The notes beneath the pieces were generated by a model. It was not told the DNA's origin. It did not search any database and worked only from the letters and a program-made list of their open reading frames with translations. The translations under genes and the position numbers were made by a program. A stretch of 58,335 nt of DNA, filler included, from Sphacelaria rigidula (Eukaryota): assembly GCA_964200075.2 (NCBI GenBank). It is 7 parts of 7 records of this genome, joined end to end, with 100 filler letters (N's around TTAATTAATTAA, not from the genome) between each part and the next. Parts side by side here need not be neighbours in the genome. Positions count along the whole stretch, not along the records: positions 8,350 to 16,597 come from CAXNAA020011779.1; positions 16,698 to 24,945 come from CAXNAA020011780.1; 5 more parts are not named here. The stretch is one strand, 5' to 3'. Of this stretch, positions 10,971 to 21,700 are shown piece by piece (within the stretch, counting starts at the first letter, position 1; every line of letters starts with the position of its first letter).

Positions 10971-13900
10971 TGATGATGAATGAATCACACAAGTAGAAAA
11001 TAAACAGGCAGGTGGCGGCGCTTAGGTTTTGGGCTAGGTTTTGGGCTAAGCAACGCGTCCTGGATTACCCCACTGTATGCTATTTGGAATCTTCGGAACT
11101 TGTAGAACGTTCCCAAACAGTTGTCTAGTTGTGAGGTGAGCATCAGTGTTGTGTGGGTACCGTCCTGGCGGGGTTCAGCCACAGTACTAGTTATCTCATG
11201 AGTAAACGTCTACCGTGTTGTGAGTGGGCGGGTGCATGTGGTTGAAGTGTGCCAGGTCAGGTGGTTCAGGCGGTGGACAACGTTAGCGAGTATCAGTATC
11301 GTCAAATCAGTTGTCGCTTTTGGGGCGGAGCAGGTGACTGTACGAACGCAGTTGTGATTGCCAGACTTACCAACATTTTGAAAAATGGCGCGAAGCTTCG
11401 TAGTTTCTTTTTCATCAGCTTGTATTCTTGCTCCGCAATTTCCAGGGCCTTCGTGGATTTGCGTATCGCGCGTTCTTGTTCGTTCTGTTGTGTTGGCTTT
11501 TTCTCGGGGTGGACATCAACATTACGGGGGGCCTACGCGGCCTCCTGGACCCCTGGAAAACCTTCACGTTGACCCGCCTCGAGGCGCGAGAAAATTCCAA
11601 GTCTGTCAACGCACGGTTAATCTGTTCGAGACTGCAAATCTGGTGCCAGCACTCAGTTTGTTCCGTCACCGGAACATTTTATCCATGACGCGGTGGAATG
11701 AAGGCTGGGCAGTTTTGCCGAAGTCGGTCGTGTGTTTCGTCACGCGTGGGCAGGGATTGTTCCGATTTGGGTGGCGTATCAAAAGCCAGAGTGGGGCGAT
11801 CAGAGGGTTCAGCACCGGTTTGGGTGCGGAGATCATCATCAGGAAAGGTTTTCGTAGCATCAGGGCTCACTTGAAGAGATGCCATCCGAGAATGAAAATT
11901 GGGAACACCGTCGGCGTTTTGATGGCTGGTTGGTGTAGAGTGGTGTGTGCACCAAGGGGGGTGGGGTGAGCATGTGGAGGAGGATTGTCTTCATCCACAC
12001 TCATGTCCCTAAAAATACGTCCTGCAACGACGCTATCATCAACATCAAATCGTTCCTGTTCGTTTTTGCCAACCGTCTCACTACGCGTGGTTGCCTTGTA
12101 CGGTTGTTCACCACTATCAAAGGAAGCGCACCGTCCTTCGTGACATCGCAGATGGAGTCGAAGGGCGGTTGATATCAGGCATGGCTCGTACACTGGCGCA
12201 ATTGCGCCAGACCGGTAACGTAGAGATGCGGGGGTTGAAAAGTGAACGTTTCGTCGTGGGAGACAGCATAGTTGTTGAGGATTGAGGCGAAGTGAACAAA
12301 AGTAAAAGGAATAGAATGGCAGGGTACTGTCGACAGTTTTCGATCGGCATGTAGTTCCGCGCACTCCGCACATGTAGCGGTCTATCATCTTTTCAATCAG
12401 GTGCAGACGAAAGGGAAACAAAATGTCGAAGGCACACAACAAACCGTATGCGTGTGAGTTGGTGGATAACTGTAACAGCAAAGAGACAAGAAGAAGACGA
12501 AGGTTGTCACAATCAACAGACATACAGTGACTGTCACCAGCGCAACAGCGCATTGGACAAACCTGCATGCCATGGAGGGATATACGTGTGGGACGCAGCG
12601 AACAGCAGCATCAAATCGCTCAGTTCTGTTTTGAGAACATGTTGAGATGGAGAAGAAAAACAACTGTTGAATGCCGTATTTCCAGAGGCAATATCAGCGC
12701 AGCTGGCGATACTCATAACAGCACCGCCTAGTTCGCTGAAAATAGCCGAGTTGGGGTCTTGGTGACGTACCTCGTACAGGTAGACAATCAAAAGATGGAC
12801 GCGCACAACCGTAATGCAATTTGTAGTGCAGTACAAACAGCAACGTACAAAGCACCAGACAGCAAAATGCAATGTGGCACAGTACAGTACATATGATCTT
12901 CGCGTGGTGCAGCGGGCCTCACCGTCCGCAAACATATTGTCAGCCGAGACCACTTGTAATTCAAACGGCACTGTACTGTGGTCAGTGCTTCAATTCGGAA
13001 CAATATTTCAACGTAGGAGGTATGCCGCATTTTGGGCTGTCGGTACGTACTGCAGTGGTTGTGTTGGTGGGGCGGCAATCAAACTGTAGTGTACCCTGGT
13101 GCCGTGTGAAAGTGAAACGTACAGAGTCGAGAGCTTGTGTACAAGTAACGTAAGCCTCACGCCTCGCCGTGTTCAATCATGCTCGTGTACCTTGCGTGTA
13201 CAGACAGCATCCTGAGCCCTGGTCCATCATGTCGCATCGATATAATTCGGTGCGCATGGTGGCTCAACGCTCCGTGTTTGGGAAAGAAAAATCGTCTGCG
13301 CCGCGGGCGACGATTACAATAGTTCGCGTACTCCTTACCTGCAAGCATGGGTCGGCGTGTGTTGGGACACATGTCGGTCGATTCGGTTGATACAGGATCG
13401 ACGGACTTAGAGCAGGGGCGATCGCGAGGCGTTTGGGGGGTGTTTGGTTGTGTAGCAAGAGAGGACTTGCGTGTGCGCTCGTACCTGAAGCGCCTTGTGG
13501 TTTGGTCGCCATTGCCTGAAACCAACGTGGGTACTGTATGACACATCGAAGACCTGCAGCTAACTTGAGTCGGAATGTCTGTCAAACTCCGAGTAAAAGA
13601 GAAAACAGCTGTTCAAGAAACTGTCTTATTACCCGCGTGTGTTACACCGATAGATCGTGTACACAAATATCAAGTGAAAAACAAGGGCCGAAAATACAAG
13701 GTTTTTGAAAGAAAACAGTGAGCTTGTGTTTGACTGTTGTGTAAACAGCGGCCGACCTAGAGAGAAAACCCTACAGCTTGAATGAAAAAAGCTACCTCTA
13801 AAGCCCCATGAATGTAACGGTATACAGTAGCAGAGCAGGCCGCACCCCAAGATATGTGAGTGTGACCCGCTGGTCCTGTGTTCGGCTCGTTAGCTCAAGC

Positions 13901-14427
13901 AGTAAGGTCCTCTCGCACACGGCACACGTTAACAGCTAACAGCTGTTATGGTGCGTGAGCACCGGGCTCTTCCGGAAAAGGGAAAACTCAAAAGACACAA
14001 AGGGATTATGATACACGTAACTCACTTCTCGAGAGACGGCTTGCAAGCCAGAAGGTGAGACGTCGCGTAGCGCAGATGAAAGCTGATGATCCTTCTTTAG
14101 ATTCTACGATAAGCCTTCCTTCGACCTGTGGGTGGCAAGTGAAGCTCAAGGGGGGTTAGTTCCTCCTCAAAAAAACTCCTAGCCACGCGTACAATTTGCC
14201 GTAATACCAACTGAAGAAGGCGCGTGCCTCAGGCGGGCGTGTGCCCCATATGGCCAATCTGATACAAGCAATCCGACTACAAAATCAGCCTGACGCGCCG
14301 TGCTGTGGCCAATCAAAGCGTCCGTAGAAACGTGCGTAGTTGCACGGCCGAGAATGCACAGACCAGTCTAGAGATTCCTCGGATCCCGCAGCGATATCCA
14401 AAAAGGCACCACTTACTTATCTACTTT

Positions 14428-14645
14428 ACAAGCACACATTCGACTAGAATATTTTCATACCCGCCAATCATTTGTAGATCAATCTTAGTATCCTACTGTA
14501 TTAGTTTAATTCTCGCACGCCATCATATACCATCATACAAGCACACATTAGAGTAGAATCTTTTCATACCCACCGATCGTTTGTAGATCAATCGTAGTAT
14601 CCTACTGTACTAGTTTAATTATCGCACGCCGTCATATACTATCAC
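14428..14645. repeat. Tandem duplication, two copies of about 109 bp
   Basis: acaagcacacatt.ga.tagaat.ttttcataccc...tttgtagatcaatc.tagtatcctactgta starts at 14428 and again at 14537. Confidence 0.9.
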
Positions 14646-14667
14646 ACTTGTAGAAAACGTCAAAGTC

Positions 14668-15384
14668 CCGGCTGAGGTTATTGTACTCTAAAAGCGAGTG
14701 AAACCGTTCTCGACAGAAAAACGCGATTTCACTGCTCAATTTGAAGTTGTTTTCCATGAAATTTTGACACGATATACATGGGGTATATGCGAAGCCCCTA
14801 CCGTTTGTTCCCCTTCTTTTTTTTCCCCCCCCTCGTGTGTTATTGGTGATTTAAATTTCGGAACGTTTTGTTTCTGGTACTAAAGCTTCGACAACTCATT
14901 AAAAAAAAACAATGTCAAGCGGGGACAATAGGCAGTTCAAAGCATACCTCATGCGCATCGTGTCGAAATTTCGTGAAAATATACTTGAAATTCAACAGCA
15001 TAACCGCATTTCATTTTTTCGTGGCTGGTCCATCTCCACATAGGAACCAGTCTTGGGCACGAACACGCGATTTAGCGGCTGAATTTCAGGTCGTTTTCAA
15101 TGAAATTTTGACACGATGTACAAGATGTATGTGCAAAGACGCCACTTTTTCCACCCCACATTCGTTTTTTTCTCCGTCAGTTATCGGCGTCCGAAACTTG
15201 CAGAACAGATTTTCCGGAACAAAATCGTATATAAATAAAAAATAGACTAAAAAATGTAGGATGGAAATCGTGGCGTCCCCGCACACATATCTTGTACATC
15301 GTGTCAAAAGTTCATAGAAAACGACCTGAAATCCAGCTGCTACATCGCTTGTTTACATCCCTGTCCGCGTCTTAGCCCAGCCTG
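14668..15384. mobile_element. ~710-bp MITE-like repeat with two internal inverted-repeat modules
   Basis: Full-length homolog at 36360-37072. Ends are GGCTG...CAGCC. Internal gaaattttgacacgat / atcgtgtc.aaa.ttc inverted pairs. No convincing TSD. Confidence 0.8.
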
Positions 15385-16545
15385 TTATCAAGTCGTGTTT
15401 ACAATGCAGATGTGGTTGGAACGCCAAGGATTAGATCCACTGGGAGTATAGCTGCTCTTCCGAACATTAAATAATGAGGTGTTTACTCGAGTGTTGTTGA
15501 GGAGTATGCTGTGTGTAGCCAAAATATACCAAAGCGTAGCAGATGTAGCATGTAGGATCCTGGATGATGACCAGGGGGCAAGGGCATCCTGTGGATGATG
15601 ACCCTTGCTGTGTAGTCCATGGCTGACGGTACAGGCCCCAGCTTTTTACTCCGAGATATTCAAGTGAGAAGAAAGGGGTTGTTGAGCACGAGGCCAGTGC
15701 TACTGGAGGAGTCTGTCGTGGATAGTCCTCTTGTCCAGATCGTCTGGCAGAGGCTATAATATCTAGATATTTCTTCCGGCACTCTGTTAGACAAGTCTTG
15801 GCTGAGGAAAAAAGATTGGGCTGCAGCATAGAGCCAGTTCAGCCCGCAGACGGAAGACAGCTCACAGCGCACAGCGTTTGGAGGAACACAGTCCGCTGGA
15901 GGGACGCTCAAGTAAGGCAAGAGTCTATCCGTGATTTTCGAGTCATAGAGTACATGGCTCAAGCGGCAACGATGCCGCTGATTTGAGATAAACTGTTAGA
16001 AACGTCAAAGCATGACGAGCGTAAGCAACAGAAACAGCTGCCGACAAGCCGTCACATGTGTTGTTTGCCAGTTGGAAAAAAGGTAGCACTTCAGCCCAGT
16101 TATCGCAGGCTAAATTGCTATACATGGCGAACATATTATGGACAGTGCTGTGTACTCGTTCCAGGACAGAATTTCTTTGTGAACGATATGCGGCTGTGCG
16201 TGTTTTCTCATACCAAAAGACAGTTTGTAATTATTTGACCAACTGGTTTTCGAACTCAGTTCCTTGATCGAAATGTAGTGTTCAGGTGGTCCAGACACTG
16301 AGAAAACATGGTCAACAAGTTTTCGAACAACTGTAGTAGCCTCTTTGTTTTTAATGGAAATTAATATAACAAATCTCGTGAGATGATCGATCACTGACAG
16401 TATGTATCGATTGCCTTCTGACTGAGATTTGTATTCGACAAGGTCTACTGCAACACATTGAAATGTGCGCTCGGCTGGACGATGTCCCACGGGTAAGGTG
16501 GGTGGACGATGAGAAGTAGTACGTTGTTGACATGATACACAACTG
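15385..16545 (-). pseudogene. Ty3/gypsy integrase (rve core), disrupted
   Basis: CVSC zinc-finger half, FQCVAVDLV, VIDHLTRF, then after a frameshift LHFDQGTEF, an in-frame stop, SVLERVH and WAEVLPFFQLANNT. After the solo LTR it resumes AYSSTTLE*TPHYLMFGRAAILPVDLILG. All D-D-E positions are recognisable. Confidence 0.93.
15514..16056. mobile_element. Solo LTR (543 bp) inserted in the integrase
   Basis: Begins TGTAGCC and ends GCCGTCACA (TG...CA). Flanked by the 4-bp TSD TGTG at 15510-15513 and 16057-16060. Removing it restores the integrase frame NNT-AYSSTT. Confidence 0.85.
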
Positions 16546-16597
16546 AACAACAAATTGTGCGAATTGAGGTTTAACTTCGATATGAGGTTCAAGCCTA
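16546..16597. mobile_element. Terminus of an unclassified young repeat (AACAACAAATTGTGCG...)
   Basis: 48 of 52 nt identical to 58218-58269. It interrupts the integrase zinc finger, and the contig ends inside it. Confidence 0.8.
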
Positions 16598-16697
16598 NNN
16601 NNNNNNNNNNNNNNNNNNNNNNNNNNNNNNNNNNNNNNNNNTTAATTAATTAANNNNNNNNNNNNNNNNNNNNNNNNNNNNNNNNNNNNNNNNNNNN
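16598..16697. other. Artificial contig spacer
   Basis: Same 100-nt N/TTAATTAATTAA/N spacer. Confidence 0.98.
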
Positions 16698-18684
16698 GGC
16701 CATTTTTCGTACCTTTCTCAGGCAAAAATCGAGAAGGCATACCTTTTCTAGGCCATTGCCCTCATCATTATTTGACTAACACGTCGTGAACGTGGTGTTA
16801 GTGAGCTTCAGTCCCAAAAGGGTCAATCACAAATATGACGTCACCTCAAAATAATGACCCGGACCATATGAAATGAAGTATGAAAGTAGTACACCTCTCG
16901 AGCGGTCCGAGTTGATCAATCTGCGGAAGCTAGTGCTCAGATGATTGTGCTTCTCTTGTTGCACGAGTGTGACGCTAAACAGCAGCTGTTGTATGTTGCT
17001 GTAGCACTCGGAAAGGAAGCGCCGCATGGCCCACCACACCGCGTTCACCACCCTTGCGAACAACACCATACCATAACACGGACAGCAGCAGTCGTGGCCA
17101 CCACACACCACAGCAACAGCAGTAGTGAAACGTTTGCCCGGACGATGTATCTTGTGTTCAGCATACGCAAGCAGTCACGGGGAAAGCCATGAGCCTGACC
17201 AGCCTGTGTTTTCACGAAATATGAAACCATTCTCCACGCTTTCGACTGTATCTTGGAATCATCTGATACAAAATAAGCCGACTTTCATCTGTGATTTCGC
17301 TCTCTGCAGCTCAAAGTGTATGGAGGACTCGCTCTTCAAACACGAAGTTGCCTTTTGTGTCCAGCGGCACAGGACAAAGCAGCAGCTGGCGGCATGCACG
17401 GTGGTGCTAGAGGCCGTCATAAGTTTCTTCCTGCAAGCAAAGACCTGCTCGGGAATGAAACACGGCGAAAATTGCATCGTTTACATGTTTCAGTGCAGTC
17501 AGTCATGAACATCGTCTCTGTTTTGATATGCCTTCTGCTTCTGTTTCGATTTTCCGCTTTTCTTCGAATCTAGCATCTTGAATCTCCATACACATCCGCT
17601 GCCGGTCTTCAATCCACAAGTGCCGATCTTTAGACGCGATTTTCTCTGCAACCAAGCAGAGGATTGAGGATTGGACTGCGGTTTGTTGCGCGCGATTCCC
17701 ACACATCCAAACTGGACTAGCTTGTGTGCGTTTTCCTTAACGCGTGACACAAAGCCGCACCAAACCACAATATTCTAGGGAGTTTGTTTTTGTTTTTGTT
17801 TTTGTTTTGTTTTACGGGACCTTTTGGGTCCGCTGTGGCGAATTGAGCAAATCGCCAACAATATTCCCTAGCTCTTGTGTGTGTGTGTGCGTGCGGGGGG
17901 CTGTGAAGTGCCGCAGGCAGGCTTGCTTCCTGTGTCGAGAAAAGGGCGATGAAAGGTGGTGCTACAGCTGTCGCATACTAAACCAAGTTAATTAGGGATA
18001 AAAGGTATGCTTTGTTCGTGTTCTGTTTGGCACACGTCCGGCCAGCTGATGAAATGTTCACTATTCCCCCGCGTTTCTTAGGATTTTTTGGAGTGTGGTT
18101 TTCTTGTCGTTATCCCCCCCATTCACTCCCTTAACAGTATACTTCGGTCATTCGGCCCTATGGGTGAAGCACGAGTGTCACTCCAAAGCTGATGAAGACT
18201 AGAAATGAATATTTGTACTTCGTACAGTGCTCACGAAACCATAAAAGTATGTACAAGATGAACATGATGAGAACCATGACCATCAGCGTATCGGCGATGG
18301 ATCGATGAAACTGCTCTACAACTCCCCATGACAACAACTACACAACGACAACGGTAAACCTCGACGTGATTCCACCATGCTGTCTACTACGAAAAATGGA
18401 CGAATGCGCAGTCCGGAGATCACACTTTTAGTACGACATGCGGTCGGAACAAGATACATCTCCAAGTCAGCGAATGAAAGCTTCACGTTGGGGCAGACGC
18501 AACGACTTTGTTACGACCCCACACACTACCGCTCGGCGCTGCCTTGATACGTATTCGGTAGTCGCAGTATCGTTTACCTAATCTTAGCTTAGCCCGAGCA
18601 AGCAGCTCTGCCTGTGCACAAGAGCTCTTGAGAGACATCAGTGTCTCCAGGCACTCGGACTTGAGCCTGTTCCTGCGTTGGGAC

Positions 18685-20288
18685 TAGGGTTGTGTACCAA
18701 CCGTTGTCAGGAGCTGATTTGATACTCGATTGGTTTTGCCAAATCGGCTTGATTTAATTATGGCTACTTGATTCAATCATGGCTACTTGATTTAATCATG
18801 GCTACTTGATTTAATCATGGCTACTTGATTTTTTGGTAGAATTTAAGCAGCACACAAGCCAAAAATCGGCTGAATTTTGTCGTTCAACAAGGGAGAGCAC
18901 ACGAGCACGCATATGCAAGCCCACAGCAGTAGCACAGCAGTCTTGTGTTGAATATTTTAGCTAAATCTGCTGCATCGGTACTCAAGCACCCCGTCTTCTT
19001 GCACTACCGCTGTATTTTACTTCGAAGCACTCTCAAATATGAAACATGTTCGCCTCAAACCTGTCGGGCAAAAAAAGAACAAAAGTAGTACCCAGATTGG
19101 ATTCGCGTATGGATAGAGCTCCTTGCTGAATATTAGCTCGTATCATACATTGCTCCGTCTGATGTCGCGTTGTGGATGTGACTGACGAGAAAAAATATTG
19201 ATGCAATGCGAGTATGACTCCAAAACACGTCATGCTATGCCTGGTGTACGATGTTGTGATGAAACAGCCTTTGATCACACGATATTCACGCGCATTTTCC
19301 TTTCCCTTCCCGGTTCCTGAAAGCAGTAGCTTGAAGACACCCTCTCCCACTACAGTATACCACAAGTAAATATGTGAACAGCAGTAGTCCATTTTCCAGA
19401 CAGACCCAGCAGTAATTTCTACGAGGCAGGATAGCATTCATATCTACCAGAGGTTATGTTTCATGCTTTCGTGTAGGAAGACATCTGCTACCCGATCCCC
19501 ACTCAGGCGGTTTCGGGTCTTCGTTACCACAAGACCGCCTACGGAGAATACGCGTTCGCACGCAGCAGATGAAGCTTGTACTGCAAGGTACTTGCGGGCT
19601 AGGATAGCGACGTGGGGATATACCTGATATGCCTTCGTCCACCACCCTAGGGCACCGCCCTCCTCGACGACGTCTTCCTCGGACACAAACTCGTCTTTAT
19701 AGAGACCCCATTCTCCGAGTATTTGGTCCTCCTTCGACACAGCCAGTCTCGGGTTCTTCCTCTGTGGGACAAGGGACCTGCCGTGCTCGGTATTCTTGTC
19801 TTGTTGGACGTGCTTCATTGCAGCCGCTCACGACATGAGACTCGCGATTGCAAACGCCTTGTCTTTCAGCACGTGCTTTGCCCTCGCCCGCTCCCTCATT
19901 GTGTCTTATTCCGTGTGACCCCTAGTATGCTGCTAGAGTGGCGCTACGTGGCGTGCAGTATGCTGTGTACTGCTATGTGCTGCTGTGTGCTTTTATGTGT
20001 TCGTCGTTGCTAGCGCCTTTTTGGGAGTAGGGTCAATGAGTAGGCATATCCGTCGATCAACGGTTGCGCCGCACGCAAAAGAAAACGTTACACGACGCAA
20101 ACGCCTCTGTTCTTCCTTGAAAAAATCATCTTATGAAGATTGATCAAGTTGTTTTGACTTGGTTGATTTAAGTTGATTAGTTGATGTAAATCAACAAATC
20201 AGCGACGCATTGATTTGACTATTGGTATAATTCAAATCAGCTCAGAAATCAAGATCAACCGTGATCTATGAGTTGATCTACAACCCTA
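18685..20288 (-). mobile_element. hAT DNA transposon, internally deleted (1604 bp)
   Basis: TIRs TAGGGTTGT...ACAACCCTA. 8-bp TSD GTTGGGAC / GGTGGGAC (7 of 8). Subterminal repeats tggctacttgatt x4 at about 18761-18830. Carries a transposase C-terminus. Confidence 0.92.
19444..19818 (-). pseudogene. hAT transposase C-terminal dimerisation domain remnant
   Basis: ALGWW...YPHVAILARKYLAVQASSAACERVFSVGGLVVTKTRNRL is the canonical hAT dimerisation-domain signature. Confidence 0.93.
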
Positions 20289-21425
20289 GGTGGGACATGA
20301 TGAGACATGAGACCACTCTGCAAGATCATGAGGCATGAGACATGGGACATGGGACATGAGACCACTGTGACTGTGCAAGAGCGTACGTTCCGATGGAACT
20401 GACGACGCCGGCACCAGGAGCATGGTAAGAAGACAGTAGCAGTAGCGGTAGCGGTAGCCCTCGCGTGCTTGGTGCTTCCTCGGATTGCTGCGACCCGTGT
20501 CGTGTGATACCAACGCTACCTCGACTTCGCTTCTCAGCGCCCTACTCGTGTGTGTTGCCATCAATCGCAGACGCGCTACAGTAGCCCGCCGTGGAGCAAA
20601 TTACAAGTTGGATAAATGTTTTGCACTGTTGCGGAGCTGCACGTGTACTGTACTGCTAATGCTACATCCGGGGAGTATGTGCTAGGCATGTACTGGTGAG
20701 GCGACCTCATCAAGCCGCGAAATCCGCGAATCTATCCGGTGGGACCCACCAAATCACGCATTACCGACCGGGTTGAGGGCACAGGTATTCCGCTTTATTT
20801 CAAAGTGAACGGATCGGATATCCGGATTGTGCAAAGCCGGAGCAAAGCTGTGTATTACAGATCGCATTGCATATTTGTAAAGTGTTAGTCTTGTGAGATA
20901 CCTGCCTGACTTCAGGGTAATGTGTCACAATTTGATTTTAGTATGGAGCTCAATATCACTCGACTTTTGTACAACAATTGGAGCAAGAGGGTACACGCCC
21001 TGAGGCGCACAAACAGAAACAGCGACAGCTGCAGACCGCGGTGTGCTTAGATTTTGGGAGAGCGTCGCAGACGCCACTACTGCACTACTCGTAGAACCTA
21101 AGAGATGGAGCAGTGAAGGAGCTCCAGCGTCGGTGGGAAATACCGGTTTGCTGGTCACTGCTTTTGACCGATAGTGCTGCATTTATCACTGATATGTACA
21201 AAATAGAAGTGGGGTAGGAGTTTGCCGTGAGGTGCACACACATGAAGAGTGGGGGCTGCAGACCGCAAGTTCCTGAGATTGTCGGAGCCCGTGGCACCAG
21301 AACCTGACAGACCGAGCAGGGAAGGAGCCCCAACTTCGGGCGTGGAAACAGGTTTGCCTGTGAAGAGTAGCTACGGTATAGACACTACATGCTTTCATGA
21401 AACAGCGCATTTCAGGCCATGTCAA

Positions 21426-21700
21426 CCCTTAGACAGTGAGCGTCGCCTCGGAAAAGTTTCACAGGCTGACAGACAGTCCGGAGACATTTAGGGGTTTCCA
21501 GTGGCCGGGGTGTGTGGTTTTTGAGGGGGGGGGAGGTGCCTGTCCGCAGAGGAGCCGAGAAGCTCACCAAGTCAATCATGTGTATTTGGAAGTTTTCTGC
21601 GGAAAATTATGAGCTGTGCACGAGGACCGAGAGGCGCGGGATGCCCATTCTGGCGAGTCACAGTCGTCAAAATGAGCACATTCTTCCGGTTCGGATGGAT
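21426..21700 (+). mobile_element. Dispersed repeat with a CCCTT terminus (piggyBac-like MITE fragment)
   Basis: Homologous to 31836-32100 (ctcggaaaagtt..acaggctgacag; gcggaaaattatgag; ggcgcgggatg; gtcgtcaaaa.gagca). The contig-4 copy starts TTAA|CCCTT. Confidence 0.55.

Noticed and set aside
11023..11050. TAGGTTTTGGGC x2 as a telomere-like repeat
   Set aside because: Only two 12-bp units, not TTAGGG or TTTAGGG, and internal to a contig.
11249..12568. Long overlapping ORFs (194 aa on +, 233 aa on -) and a coiled-coil-like minus-strand peptide near 11310-11490
   Set aside because: No recognisable domain or consistent splice pattern. Possibly part of the adjacent retroelement, but I cannot support a call.
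17125..17508. Possible zinc-finger (BED-like) remnant CDFALC...KH...H
   Set aside because: The spacing is unconvincing and there are no supporting termini or second copy.
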